Source: Rhodobacterales bacterium
GTDB taxonomy: Bacteria > Pseudomonadota > Alphaproteobacteria > Rhodobacterales > CAZPXZ01
Direction of reading: 5' to 3'
DNA length: 64,000 nucleotides
Assembly (NCBI GenBank): GCA_965219495.1
Contig: OZ244777.1
Coordinates: 1,398,419 to 1,462,418, forward strand
The position numbers and the translations under genes are program-made. The notes beneath the pieces were generated by a model. It did not search any database, was not told the origin of the DNA, and worked only from the letters and a program-made list of their open reading frames with translations. Positions 31,104 to 41,173 of this stretch are shown piece by piece (the stretch's first letter is position 1; each line of letters opens with the position of its first letter).

Positions 31104-32363
31104 TCATGGCGCGGGGATTTGCGGCGGGGCTGGCGGGGGCGGATCCCGGGATGACGGCGGGCTGGTCTGGCGGGGGATTTCGCGGATCCATTGCAGCTCT
31201 GCGCCGCAATGGGGATAGCCGGGCGCGGTGGCCGGCTCCGGCTCGGCATCCTGGCCGGAAGCGTCGGCTTGGCTCCCGGCTTGGGTGTTTTGCGGGGGGG
31301 CGGTCTCGAAGTTGTGTTCGAAGCCGCCCAGCGCCTTGCGGGCGCTTGCGAGGGTTTTTGCGCGGCTTCCGTTGGCGAGGATGCCGAAGTGGCGGATGCG
31401 GTGCAGGCGCTCGGGCAGGGCATGCAGCAGGAAGCGGCGGATGAACTCGCCGACGTCGAGGGTGGCGATCCCGTAGCGGGGTTTTGGCTGTCCGGGTTTG
31501 CGCGGCTTGCGGTAGCGGAAGGAGACTTTGCGGCCATCGAATGCGGTGATGCGGCTGTCGCCGATGGCAATTCTGTGGGTGTAGCGGGAGAGGTAGCGGA
31601 ACACTTGCTCGGGGCCGCGGAAGGGTCGTTTCGCGTAGATATTCCAGGCCCTTGCGCGGGCGGCGGCGAGGACGGCGCGGAACTCGGCGGGATTGGCGAG
31701 GTGGGCGATTCTGTCGTGGAACTCGAGTTCTCCGCGCGCCCAGGCGCGGTCGAGTTCTTCCGGGAAGCGGTTGCGGAAGCGGCTTGCGAGCACCTTGACG
31801 GGAGCGAAGAAGGTGCGGCTTCCGTTCTTCCATGTGCCGGTTTCGACATTGAAGCCGGCGTTGGGGACGATGCAGTGGAGGTGGGGATGGAAACCCAGCT
31901 TCTGGTTCCAGGTGTGCAGGACGGATGTGCCGCCGATCCGGCATCCGCCATGCCGGGGGTCGGCGGCGATGGCGCGCAGGGCGGCGGCGGCGGCGCGGGA
32001 CAGGATATCGAAGACGACCGTGCGATTGTAGAACGCGATGTCGGCGATGCTGCGGGGTAGCGTGAAGACCAGGTGGAAGTAGGGAACCGGCAGGATCTCG
32101 GCGCTGCGGGCTTGCATCCAGCGCCGTGCCGCGAGGCCCTGGCAGGACGGGCAGTGGCGGTTGCGGCAGGAGTTGTAGAGCGGATGCTCGCGCCCGCAGG
32201 ACGGGCAGCGGTAGAGATGGCCGCCGAGCAGGCGCGTGCGGCAGGCCTCGATGGCCGACATGATCTTGAGCAGGCCGCCGCCGAGGCGGCCCGCCATCTG
32301 CGCGGGCCGGGCCGGGCCGGCGCAACGGAAGATGTCCACCACGCCGGGGTGCGGTTCCTGCAT
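31104..32363 (-). CDS. IS91-family (HUH, Y2) transposase, copy 1
   Basis: 419 aa from MQEPHPGVVDIF. It has the zinc motif CPSCGREHPLYNSCRNRHCPSCQ, the HUH motif GFHPHLHCIVP and the two-tyrosine region FRYLSRYTHRIAI. Confidence 0.85.
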   Translation of the reverse strand: MQEPHPGVVDIFRCAGPARPAQMAGRLGGGLLKIMSAIEACRTRLLGGHLYRCPSCGREHPLYNSCRNRHCPSCQGLAARRWMQARSAEILPVPYFHLVFTLPRSIADIAFYNRTVVFDILSRAAAAALRAIAADPRHGGCRIGGTSVLHTWNQKLGFHPHLHCIVPNAGFNVETGTWKNGSRTFFAPVKVLASRFRNRFPEELDRAWARGELEFHDRIAHLANPAEFRAVLAAARARAWNIYAKRPFRGPEQVFRYLSRYTHRIAIGDSRITAFDGRKVSFRYRKPRKPGQPKPRYGIATLDVGEFIRRFLLHALPERLHRIRHFGILANGSRAKTLASARKALGGFEHNFETAPPQNTQAGSQADASGQDAEPEPATAPGYPHCGAELQWIREIPRQTSPPSSRDPPPPAPPQIPAP

Positions 32364-32542
32364 CCGGGGTCGGGCGCGCGACAGCGCGAAGTCCGAAACC
32401 GGATGGTTCAGCGACTCGAACATCTTGCCGGTGGCGCGGGCGTAGCCCCGCGTGGTTTCGGCATTGCGATGTCCGAGCGCGTCCTGGATGACATTGATAT
32501 CGCCGCCGCGTTCATGCATATGAGTCGCCGCCGAATGGCGCC
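32364..32542 (-). pseudogene. tyrosine recombinase, C-terminal half (box II) of the split IS91-associated integrase
   Basis: (R)HSAATHMHERGGDINVIQDALGHRNAETTRGYARATGKM, which includes the catalytic Tyr region. It runs in frame into the transposase ORF. Its 5' end is at palindrome HP1. Confidence 0.8.
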
Positions 32543-32567
32543 AATGTCGTGTGCGACATTGGCGCCA
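32536..32567. repeat. perfect 14-4-14 palindrome HP1
   Basis: TGGCGCCAATGTCG TGTG CGACATTGGCGCCA. GGCGCC is present on both sides of the 18-bp core. Confidence 0.95.
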
Positions 32568-32568
32568 C

Positions 32569-32942
32569 AATGTCTTGTACTTTTTACGTCGGGTAGCTGG
32601 CTTGAGGCCCTGCAAAGTCTCACGCTGAGTGCAGCATCACTCGACATAAGTCCATGCACGCAGTTTGCCCTTGGTATCCCAGACGGCTTGTTCCGAGAGT
32701 GATTGCAGAGTTTCTGCGAAGGTCCAAACCATTCTCGCGACAACCCTCACTTCTAATGCATCAAACACTTGCGTTCCTGTTGCGGTCTTGCTGGCGATAC
32801 GGACCATGAGTCCAGAAGCATCTTGATTCTCCATATCTCGAGTTGAATCTTGCAACGGAAGCCACAAGACCATGTCGAGTGATTTGACCCTTTTCGCCAA
32901 GCGGCCCAAGGACTTGAACGCATCGCTCGACATAAAATAATA
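32569..32942 (-). mobile_element. small (~383 bp) AT-richer TIR element inserted in the integrase gene (remaining 9 bp at 35376-35384)
   Basis: After the nested IS66-like element is removed, the ends read ACAATGTCTTGTACTTTTTACGTCGG and, as reverse complement, ATAATGTCTTGTATTATTTTATGTCGAG. About 22 of 27 positions match with one gap. The flanks carry GCGCC copies. Confidence 0.65.
32637..32933 (-). CDS. hypothetical 98-aa protein filling the small TIR element
   Basis: This is the only long ORF in the element (MSSDAFKSLGRLAKRVKSLDMVLWLPLQ...). I recognise no family. Its ATG lies within the subterminal repeat. Confidence 0.3.
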   Translation of the reverse strand: MSSDAFKSLGRLAKRVKSLDMVLWLPLQDSTRDMENQDASGLMVRIASKTATGTQVFDALEVRVVARMVWTFAETLQSLSEQAVWDTKGKLRAWTYVE

Positions 32943-32978
32943 GTAACCGTTCGGTTTTAGCGTGATGGGGCTGTGTAT

Positions 32979-33866
32979 TCAGCGGTTCAGGATTCGTTTC
33001 CGGTCTTTTCGCAGGGGGCGAAGCCAGATTTCCTTTTTGGGCAAGGCGTATTGGTTTTGGGTGTCGTAGCGTCCGCGGCCTTGGGTAGTTCCGACATGGA
33101 TCCATCCGGCGGCGCGGTAGGCGGTTCCGACGAATCGCGGGGTCTCGACGAAGGTTTCGACGAGGACGGGGTTGATGTTGTACTGGCGCTTCCAATCCTC
33201 GGGCAGGCGCTGTCGGGCGCTGGCGAGGATGTGGGAGGCGAGGTTGGGGATGCGGATCCAGGGCAGGATGAGGAACCTTGCATTGTCGCACAGGAGCGGG
33301 AGGTTTTTCTCGCGGGTTTGCGGGGACCATCCGATGAAGCGGTCGCGCGGGGCGGTTTTCCATGCCGCGGTGGAGAAGCCGAGCATGGCGAGCGGCGCTC
33401 CGTCGCGGTCCTGGACGGCGTAGCGCATCTGGGCGTCGACCAGGGTCTTGTAGCCGAGATAGTGATAGCGTTCGATGAACTCGTTCCACAGGCGGCTGGC
33501 GCGGGGGCCGGCGCCGGTGACCGGGACGAAGCGCAGCGGACGGACCGCTTCGAGGGTGGCGGGGGGCGGGAACAGCGGCGGGTCGGTGGCCGCGGTGAAG
33601 GGGACCGGCTTGCGCCTGGCGCGCTTGCGGCTTTTCGCCGGCGGCAGGACGATCACCCCGTCGCGATGCATTTTCAGCATGGTGACCTTGGCCATCATGT
33701 GCTTGAGGCCGCCATCCGGCTTGCGCCAGCCGATGCGGCGGCAGAACTCCCGGGCCAGCCGGCTGCGGTTCAAGGCCGGCGGCCCGGCGATCATGGCGCG
33801 CAGCAGTGCCATCTCCTGGGCGCTGAAATCGCGCCCGTAGTAGCGGCATTCGACCTCACCGGTCAT
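32979..33866 (-). CDS. DUF4338 domain protein (DruA-like)
   Basis: 295 aa with NEFIERYHYLGYKTLVDAQMRY, RDRFIGW, CDNARFLILPWIRIPNLASHIL, VETFVETPRFVGTAYRAAGWIHVGTTQGRGRYD. These are motifs I associate with DUF4338. Confidence 0.7.
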   Translation of the reverse strand: MTGEVECRYYGRDFSAQEMALLRAMIAGPPALNRSRLAREFCRRIGWRKPDGGLKHMMAKVTMLKMHRDGVIVLPPAKSRKRARRKPVPFTAATDPPLFPPPATLEAVRPLRFVPVTGAGPRASRLWNEFIERYHYLGYKTLVDAQMRYAVQDRDGAPLAMLGFSTAAWKTAPRDRFIGWSPQTREKNLPLLCDNARFLILPWIRIPNLASHILASARQRLPEDWKRQYNINPVLVETFVETPRFVGTAYRAAGWIHVGTTQGRGRYDTQNQYALPKKEIWLRPLRKDRKRILNR

Positions 33867-33930
33867 GGCGGTTCTTGCAGCCTGCGCCTTCGCTCTTCGC
33901 TCATCGTCCAGGGAAGCCAGATCGCCAGGT

Positions 33931-34019
33931 GTGCGTGCTCACAAAGATTGATTCCGGATCGGGTGGATCCGATCAGATTCCGTGCATGAATGTCGATCGG
34001 TTCCCCCGGGGAGCTTGCA
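33931..34019 (+). repeat. 89-bp repeat R2 (partner of R1)
   Basis: See R1. It lies in the divergent intergenic region between the DUF4338 gene and the Cys-rich ORF. Confidence 0.85.
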
Positions 34020-34073
34020 CAAGCATCCCCGGGGGGTTTGTCTCTCTTGTTATCCAGCAGGAGAGACCAATCA

Positions 34074-34316
34074 ATGTTGCACGGAATCCTCGTCGGCGCC
34101 AGTGAGTGGGCGCATTTCACCCGGATTGACGCGTCGATCGCGGAGGCGTTTCGCGAGGTGGGCTGCGGCCGCTGCGGGGGGCGGCTTCACGTTGCGGATT
34201 ATGCGCGCGAGCCCCGTGGCCTCGGCTTCCGCCGGGGTGAGGGCTTCACGCGGTTCAGCTTCTGCTGCGGTTCGGAGGGCTGCCGGCGGCGGTCGACGCC
34301 GCCCTCGGTGCGCTAA
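34074..34316 (+). CDS. Cys-rich hypothetical protein (probably 3'-truncated)
   Basis: MLHGILVGASEWAHFTRIDASIAEAFREVGCGRCGGRLHVADYAREPRGLG...FSFCCGSEGCRRRSTPPSVR, with GGAGAG upstream. A zinc-ribbon-like CxxC...CC...C pattern. It runs into the antisense strand of the IS66 transposase remnant. Confidence 0.45.
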   Translation: MLHGILVGASEWAHFTRIDASIAEAFREVGCGRCGGRLHVADYAREPRGLGFRRGEGFTRFSFCCGSEGCRRRSTPPSVR

Positions 34317-34434
34317 TTCGGTTCGCGGGTTTACGCCTCCGGATGCTTTCCGGTGGTTTCGGCGCTTTCCGGCGGTTGCAGCGCCGCGGCGGGTTGCTGC
34401 GGGCGCTCCGGTGGCTGTTGCCGTGGCGCTGCGC

Positions 34435-35261
34435 GAGCGATCGACATGAAACCACACCGCGTCGAGCGAAATCCCCACCCACAGCCAGGCGCGGCGCGAG
34501 GCGCCCGCCTCGCCGAGCGCCTGGATCCGCCAGCTGGTCTCGCCGCCCTGGCGCAACCGTTCTGCCGCGCCAGGATCGCTTCCGAAAGCGGCGCGAACAG
34601 CGGCAGGAAACGGAGGATGCTGCTCGACAGGGTCCCCGCTGACAGCCGCAGTCCTTGCTCGCTCATCCATGCCGCGATCCGGTTGACCGGCCGGAAACAG
34701 GCATAGCACTCGTACAGGAAGCGCGCCCAGAAGCTGACGCCGTATGGCGTGTTCGCGAACAGCCGCGCTACCGGCGGCGCCGACACCTCTCGCGGCGACG
34801 ACGCGCAGTCGCAGGCCCGCCGCCGAAGCACGCGCCTGTGCGCCCGGACCTCCACTTCGACGATCTCCAAAACGTGCGAACCGTTCGCCACATAGGATGC
34901 GCCGCAAGTGCCGCAGACCCGGTCCGTCTGCGGTGGATCGCGCGCTTCCGTCTTCTTCGCCAGCTCCGGCCGCTGCGTGCGGCCATGCCCGGCGGCGCCG
35001 AACCGCCGCCGACACCGAAGCCAGCTTCTCGCGGCAACGCTCGAAACCCGAGCGCCAGGAATGCGCCGCTTGCCGCGCGCGACCCGCCTCCCAAAACCGC
35101 GCCTCAGCTTCCGCCTGCAGCGCATCCGACCGTCCCTGTTCCCGTGCGTACAACCGCCGCCAGTCCGGCCCCGCCGGCAACGGCGCACACGCCAAAATCG
35201 GGTCCACCCCGCCAACCGGCGGGGCCGGCATCGTCCCATGCACATCGTCGCGAATCGCCAT
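34435..35261 (-). pseudogene. IS66-family transposase (TnpC-like), frameshifted and 3'-truncated
   Basis: Three frames are needed: an N-terminal coiled region, then VCGTCGASY...VEVRAHRRVLRRRACDC...RIAAWMSEQGLRLSAGTL, then GETSWRIQALGEAGASRRAWLWVGISLDAVWFHVDRSRSA. Homology ends near 34440. Confidence 0.7.
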
Positions 35262-35384
35262 GCATCACACATAGCGCATCCTGAAACGGGTTACCAGTGC
35301 ATCGGCCAATTCGGGATAATGGAAATTAACGGCCGCACGAAAACATCACGTGACAACCGAACGGTTACAATAATACAAGACATT

Positions 35385-36095
35385 ATGGCGCAAACAATGA
35401 AAGGTATGGCGCCGATGGATGCCGGCCCGGTCACGGGCCTGGAGGAAGGCGAAGTTCAGGGTCGCCTTCTTGACGGGGGTGTCCGGGGACTTGCCATAGA
35501 ACAGCCAGCTTGCCGGTCGCGGATAGAGGCGGCTCCAATAGGAGCGCAGATATTCGATCGCCCGCTCCGGCAGCGGCGCCATGCGCTCGTGTCCGCCCTT
35601 GCCGGCGCGGATGTGCAGCAGCCGGCGGTCGGCGTGGATGTCGGAGACCTGCAACGAGAGGGTCTCCGAAATCCGCAGGCCGGCAGCATAGGCGGTCAGC
35701 ATCGCCGCCCGGCAGCGCAGGTCGGGGGTCGCCAGCAGCAAGCGCTCGACCTCTTCCTCTTCGAGATGCCGGGGCAGCTTGCGGGGGATCTTGCGGTTGC
35801 GCAGCCCGGCGACCAGGTCGGGACGGCCGAGCGTATCGCGGAAGAAAAACCGCAACGCGGAGAGGCAGACGTTGGTGGAGCCGGGGTGCAGTCCGCGGTC
35901 GATCAGTTCCAGGACCCAGGCCCGGATTTGCTCCGTATCCAGTTGCTCAGGCGACTGGCCGTAATGGCGGGCAAGACGCCAGATCTCGCGCAGGTAGGAC
36001 TGCTGCGTGTTGTCGGCGAGATTGGCGATGCGCATCTGATCGATCAACCGCTGGCGAAGAATGGAACCCTTGTTCTTGGTGCTTGAAGTCATCAT
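35385..36095 (-). pseudogene. tyrosine recombinase, N-terminal part (ends at HCLRH) of the split IS91-associated integrase
   Basis: MMTSSTKNKGSILRQRLIDQMRIANLADNTQQSYLREI...AYAAGLRISETLSLQVSDIHADRRLLHIRAGKGGHERMAPL...HTFHCLRH, then unrelated codons. The C-terminal half is 2.8 kb downstream at 32364-32542. Confidence 0.8.
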
Positions 36096-36329
36096 CGATC
36101 TCCATGGATGGCGATGGCGCGTGGCCGGACAAGCCGGCAACGGTCCATCAACAAGATCGATGATAAATGGGGGCACGCAGGCCAAGGCGATATCAGACTC
36201 CGCAGCATTCGCCGCCCTCCAAGACCCGCGCAATGTTCAAACTTGAAACTGCCGCGTAGCGGCTTCGTTCTATGCTGCTATATTCCAGCGCGGCCGAATA
36301 TTCGGGAACGGAATCGATGGGAGGACCGC

Positions 36330-39300
36330 ATGCAAACACAAAACGACCAAAGGCTTGCAAAAATCATCGGCAGGGTTACGGCGCGCCTCCAGCAGGAGTT
36401 GCCCGGCGCGGATTCCAGTGCAGCAGCTAAATTTGCCACTCGTTTTTTCTCCGGCGCACTGCCGGAAGATGTCGAGCATGAAGCGTCGGACAACCTTTTC
36501 GGCATGGCCGCCGCTGTGTGGGAGCACATCCGCGTGCGCGAGGCCCACAAGCCCAAGATCCGGGCCTACAACCCGAATATCGAGGCGCACGGTTGGCACA
36601 GTCCGCATTCGGTCGTGGAAGTCGTAACTGACAACAGCCCCTTCCTGCTCGATTCTACGGTCGCCGCGCTGAACTTGCTGGATCTCACCATTCACCTCGT
36701 GATTCATCCGGTAGTGGAAGTCGAACGCGACCAGGCGGGCCGAGCGGTAAAGATTGCCGATACGGGAAAAGGGGGCGAAAACACCCGCTCTGAGTCCTTC
36801 ATCCACGTGCAAGTCACGCGTCAGACGGATCCGGACGATTTCCTAGCGATCACCTCCCGGCTTTCCAAAGTGTTCGCAGACGTTCGCGCCGCGGTCGAGG
36901 ACTGGGAAAGGATGCTGGGCTGGGTGGAGGAACTGATTGAGGATACGCGCATCAAACCTCTCCCGATTGCGCAAGAGGAAGTGGAAGAAGGCCTAGCGTT
37001 CCTTGAATGGTTGCGGGACGGAAATTTCACATTTCTCGGAGCGCGCGACTATTCCCTGGAGGAGGATGACGGAGCGTCCTATCTTCGAATTGTCGATACC
37101 CAGGGGCTTGGAATTCTTCGGGAAGTTTCCGCCGAGTCGCGGGCCCGGCACGATCTGCCGATTTCAGGGACCTATTCCGATTACCTGCGGCGCCCGGAAC
37201 TTTTCCTCATTTCCAAGGCGTGGACGCGATCCAATGTCCATCGGCCGGTTTATATGGACTATATCGGGGTCCGGCGATTTGACGAAGTCGGTCGGGTCGT
37301 TGGCGAACGGCGGTTTCTGGGACTGCTGACCTCCACCGCCTACAGCACTCGCCCGGTTCGGATTCCGCTGCTTCGGCGCAAGGTGGAAACCGTCTTGCAG
37401 CGCTCCGGATTCTCGCCGGGCGATCACGACGCCAAGGCACTCGCCAATATTCTCGACAACTATCCGCGCGACGAACTCTTTCAGGTTGATCTCGAAACAC
37501 TGGAGAATGCCTCGCGGGAAATTCTCCGCCTTGAGCACCGCCAACGGATCCGGCTCTTCCTGCGACGGGACGGCCATGCCGAGTTCTTTTCCGCCCTGGT
37601 CTTCGTGCCGCGCGACGCCTATTCCACCGACCTCCGGCAACGCGTGGAGCGAATCCTGATCGACCGCCTTGGCGGGCATTCTGCGGAAGTCGCCACGCAA
37701 CTTTCGGAAGCGCCGATGGTTCGCGCGCACTTCATCGTGCACATCGAGGAAGAAACTGCGGTTGACCCGGATATCGCGGAAATCGAGCGTGAAATCGTTG
37801 CGTCTGCGAGAAGCTGGGAAGATGAACTGATGGACGCTCTGATCGAGAGCAAGGGGGAAGCCGAAGGCACGCGTCTCCACCGGCGCTACGCCGCCGCCCT
37901 TCCGGCAAGCTACAAGGCCGATTTCGCGGCGCGGGCGGCCGTCGAAGATATTTCCCGAATTGAATCCCTCTCCGCGCCAAACGACATCGCCCTAAACCTC
38001 TACCGGCGCGTCGCCGCTGAGGAGGGCGAAGTCGACTTCAAGGTCTACCACTGCGGCGATTCCATTCCGCTTAGCCGCATGCTCCCGATGCTCGAACACA
38101 TGGGCTTCATCGTTCACGAGGAACACCCTTATACCGTTCCGCGCGGCGACGAGCACGCGCAGGTCGTCGTACATGACTTCCGGATGATCAGCGAGTACGG
38201 TTGGGCGCTGGACATCGCCGCGTCCCGCGTCCGTCTCGAACAATTGTTCGCGGCAGTCTGGCACGGAACTTTTGAGAGCGACGGCTTCAACGCGCTCATA
38301 CAGGGCGGCCTCGACGGCAGGGAGATTGCGCTCGTACGCGCCTACGCCAAGTACTTGCGCCAGATCAAGGCCCCCTTCAGCCTCTCCTATATGCAGGAGA
38401 CTCTTACCGCCAATCCCGAACTGGCTCGGTTGCTGATCCGGTATTTCCGCTCTCTCCACAATCCGAAAGGCGTTACGGACACCGGCCTCTCCTACATGCA
38501 AATTCGACGCAGCTTCCTGGCGGGACTCGACAATGTATCGATTCTGGATCAGGACCGAATTCTTCGCCGGTTCCTCAATCTGGTTGACGCTACCTTGCGA
38601 ACGAACTTTTTCCAGCGCGACTCCGATGGCGATCCCAAGCCGTCCATTGCGCTCAAATTCGATACGGCGGCAGTGGACGAACTCCCCAGTCCCCGGCCGT
38701 GGCGGGAAATTTTCGTCTTCCACCCCAAATTCGAGGCCGTGCATCTGCGCGGGGGCTCGGTGGCGCGAGGCGGAATTCGCTGGTCGGACCGACGCGAAGA
38801 CTTCCGAACCGAAATTCTCGGCCTCGTCAAGGCGCAAATGGTCAAGAACGCCGTAATCGTCCCGGTTGGCGCGAAGGGCGGATTTGTACTGAAGAGCCCC
38901 CCCACGGATATCTCGGAATTCCGGCAGGAAGGCGTCGCCTGCTACCGGCTGTTCATGTCCGCCCTCTTGGATATCACGGACAATCTCGTTTCGGGAGAAA
39001 TACAGACTCGGGACCAGCTGTTCCCTCGGGACGGAGAGGATGCATACCTTGTCGTCGCGGCCGACAAGGGCACCGCAACATTCTCCGATTTCGCGAACGA
39101 AGTCGCTGGAGAATATGCGCACTGGCTGGGCGACGCCTACGCAAGCGGCGGCTCCGCGGGCTATGACCACAAGACCATGGGCATTACCGCTCGTGGCGCT
39201 TGGGAAGCGGTGAAACGCCATTTCCGGGAGCTCGGCAAGGACATCCAGTCCGAGGCGTTTTCGGCCGTCGGGATTGGAGACATGGCCGGCGACGTGTTCG

Positions 39301-41156
39301 GCAATGGCATGCTGCTCTCCGAATGCATCCGATTGGTCGCAGCGTTCAATCACCTCCACGTTTTCGTTGACCCGAAACCGGATCCGACCAGGAGTTTCGC
39401 CGAACGGAAGCGGCTATTCGAAATGAACGGTTCGAGTTGGGAGGACTATGACCCCGGATTAATTTCGGAAGGCGGCGGTGTGTTCAGCCGTCAGGCGAAG
39501 TCGATCGCCGTTACGCCGCAGATGAAAGAACGATTCGGAATATCTTCCGACTACATCACACCGAACCTCCTCATCCGGGCAATTCTGTGCGCGGATGTCG
39601 ACCTCCTGTGGAACGGCGGGATCGGTACGTATGTCAAGGCGCGCTCGGAGACCAACGCCGAAGTGGACGACCGGGGAAACGACCCGCTCCGCGTCAACGG
39701 CGCGGAACTGCGTTGCAAGGTGATCGGAGAAGGCGGAAATCTCGGCATGACGCAGGCGGGCCGGATAGAATTTGCCCTGGCTGGAGGCAGGGTGAACACG
39801 GACGCCATCGACAACTCTGCCGGCGTTGATTGCTCCGATCACGAAGTCAATATCAAGATCCTGCTCGGCAGTGTGGTGGACGCAGGCGATATGACCACCA
39901 AACAGCGCGACCGCCGGCTCGCCGACATGACCGGCGAAGTGGCCCAGCTTGTTCTCCGTCACAACTACGTTCAGACCCAGTGCCTCTCAATGGTGGAATC
40001 CCTCGGAACGACCATGTTCGAGGAGCAGGTGCGATTCCTGCACGCCCAGGAGGCGAGAGGGCTGCTCGACCGCGCGGTAGAAGGGCTGCCGAACGAAGAC
40101 GAATTGGTGGAATGGCGGACAGCCGGACGCCTGTTTACACGGCCAGAACTCGCAGTGTTACTGGCCTACGCGAAAATGAGCCTGTACGACGACCTGCTGA
40201 ATTCGGAATTTCCAGACGACCCCTATTTGCGCAGGGAACTGTTCACGTATTTTCCTGCGCCCCTCCGCAAGGACTTTCCCGAGCACATCCAGGAGCATCG
40301 CCTCAGCCGGGAAATTGTTGCTACGCGTGCTGCCAACAGCGTGATTGATCGTGCAGGCATCACTTTCGTTCACCGGCACACCGAACATTCCGGTATTGCC
40401 CCGGCAGCCGTCGTGCGAGCCTACCTACAGGCGAGAGACGTCTTTGCGTTGCCGTCCATCTGGCGTTCAATCGAGAAGACCGACAATGTGGTTGCCGCCA
40501 GGGCACAAGCCGGCATGCACGTTCGGATCATGTCTTTCCTGGACCACATGACTTCCTGGTTCCTGCGTCACGTCCCGATGGACCGTCCGATGGATGGTGT
40601 CGTGGAGGAGTACCGCTCAGGTGTAACGTCACTGGAGGAGGCCCTCGACAAGGTTCTCGATGAGGGAAGCCGGGAGACCACGGAGCAGGATGTTGCGGGA
40701 CTCCTGGAACTGGGAGTGCCTGACGAATTGGCTCTTGCGCTCGCCCGTCTCCAGCTGCTCTCGGTTGCCTGTGACATCGTGCAGGTGGCGCGCGAGGCGG
40801 AAGCGGAACCTGCCGCGGTGGGCGGCATTTTCTTTGAGGTCGGCCGCCGCTTTGCCTGTGACTGGCTTCGCAACAGTTCGGAACAGCTTCCGAGATCCGA
40901 ACACTGGGACATGCTCGCCGCCAAAGCGATTGCCGAGGACAGCTACGCACACCAGCGGTCTTTGACGGCGCACGTGCTGGCTTTCGCTTCCGGCCAGCCA
41001 GAGGTAAATGCCGTCGACGAGTGGGCCAAGAAAAATGAAGAACCGATTCGGCGCTTCAAAGTGGTATTCGGAGAATTGAGCAGTACCACCGCGCATTCCC
41101 TTGCGATGCTGAATGTCGTCAATCGGTCTCTCCGAGTGCTTACGGAGTCGCTCTAG
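36330..41156 (+). CDS. gdhZ: NAD-specific glutamate dehydrogenase, large (about 1600 aa) type
   Basis: 1608 aa from the ATG at 36330 (GGGAGG upstream). The length and the catalytic region ([49 protein letters not shown]) are typical of 180-kDa NAD-GDH. Confidence 0.9.
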   Translation: MQTQNDQRLAKIIGRVTARLQQELPGADSSAAAKFATRFFSGALPEDVEHEASDNLFGMAAAVWEHIRVREAHKPKIRAYNPNIEAHGWHSPHSVVEVVTDNSPFLLDSTVAALNLLDLTIHLVIHPVVEVERDQAGRAVKIADTGKGGENTRSESFIHVQVTRQTDPDDFLAITSRLSKVFADVRAAVEDWERMLGWVEELIEDTRIKPLPIAQEEVEEGLAFLEWLRDGNFTFLGARDYSLEEDDGASYLRIVDTQGLGILREVSAESRARHDLPISGTYSDYLRRPELFLISKAWTRSNVHRPVYMDYIGVRRFDEVGRVVGERRFLGLLTSTAYSTRPVRIPLLRRKVETVLQRSGFSPGDHDAKALANILDNYPRDELFQVDLETLENASREILRLEHRQRIRLFLRRDGHAEFFSALVFVPRDAYSTDLRQRVERILIDRLGGHSAEVATQLSEAPMVRAHFIVHIEEETAVDPDIAEIEREIVASARSWEDELMDALIESKGEAEGTRLHRRYAAALPASYKADFAARAAVEDISRIESLSAPNDIALNLYRRVAAEEGEVDFKVYHCGDSIPLSRMLPMLEHMGFIVHEEHPYTVPRGDEHAQVVVHDFRMISEYGWALDIAASRVRLEQLFAAVWHGTFESDGFNALIQGGLDGREIALVRAYAKYLRQIKAPFSLSYMQETLTANPELARLLIRYFRSLHNPKGVTDTGLSYMQIRRSFLAGLDNVSILDQDRILRRFLNLVDATLRTNFFQRDSDGDPKPSIALKFDTAAVDELPSPRPWREIFVFHPKFEAVHLRGGSVARGGIRWSDRREDFRTEILGLVKAQMVKNAVIVPVGAKGGFVLKSPPTDISEFRQEGVACYRLFMSALLDITDNLVSGEIQTRDQLFPRDGEDAYLVVAADKGTATFSDFANEVAGEYAHWLGDAYASGGSAGYDHKTMGITARGAWEAVKRHFRELGKDIQSEAFSAVGIGDMAGDVFGNGMLLSECIRLVAAFNHLHVFVDPKPDPTRSFAERKRLFEMNGSSWEDYDPGLISEGGGVFSRQAKSIAVTPQMKERFGISSDYITPNLLIRAILCADVDLLWNGGIGTYVKARSETNAEVDDRGNDPLRVNGAELRCKVIGEGGNLGMTQAGRIEFALAGGRVNTDAIDNSAGVDCSDHEVNIKILLGSVVDAGDMTTKQRDRRLADMTGEVAQLVLRHNYVQTQCLSMVESLGTTMFEEQVRFLHAQEARGLLDRAVEGLPNEDELVEWRTAGRLFTRPELAVLLAYAKMSLYDDLLNSEFPDDPYLRRELFTYFPAPLRKDFPEHIQEHRLSREIVATRAANSVIDRAGITFVHRHTEHSGIAPAAVVRAYLQARDVFALPSIWRSIEKTDNVVAARAQAGMHVRIMSFLDHMTSWFLRHVPMDRPMDGVVEEYRSGVTSLEEALDKVLDEGSRETTEQDVAGLLELGVPDELALALARLQLLSVACDIVQVAREAEAEPAAVGGIFFEVGRRFACDWLRNSSEQLPRSEHWDMLAAKAIAEDSYAHQRSLTAHVLAFASGQPEVNAVDEWAKKNEEPIRRFKVVFGELSSTTAHSLAMLNVVNRSLRVLTESL

Positions 41157-41173
41157 TTCTACCGATCAGGAAT

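Larger units (their letters stand above)
32943..35368 (-). mobile_element. IS66-family-like element (2426 bp), rearranged internally
   Basis: 25-bp inverted repeats start with GTAA: GTAACCGTTCGGTTTTAGCGTGATG on + at 32943, and GTAACCGTTCGGTTGTCACGTGATG on - from 35368 (3 mismatches). The flanking direct repeat AATAATA is at 32936-32942 and 35369-35375. Confidence 0.8.

Noticed and set aside
35360-35392. dif/Xer-like site: GCGCCATAATGTCTTGTATTATTGTAACC resembles GGTGCGCATAATGTATATTATGTTAAAT.
   Set aside because: The central region would be 9 nt, not 6. The sequence is fully explained as a juxtaposition of integrase codons, the tip of the small element's TIR, the AATAATA duplication and the GTAA-starting IS66-like IR.
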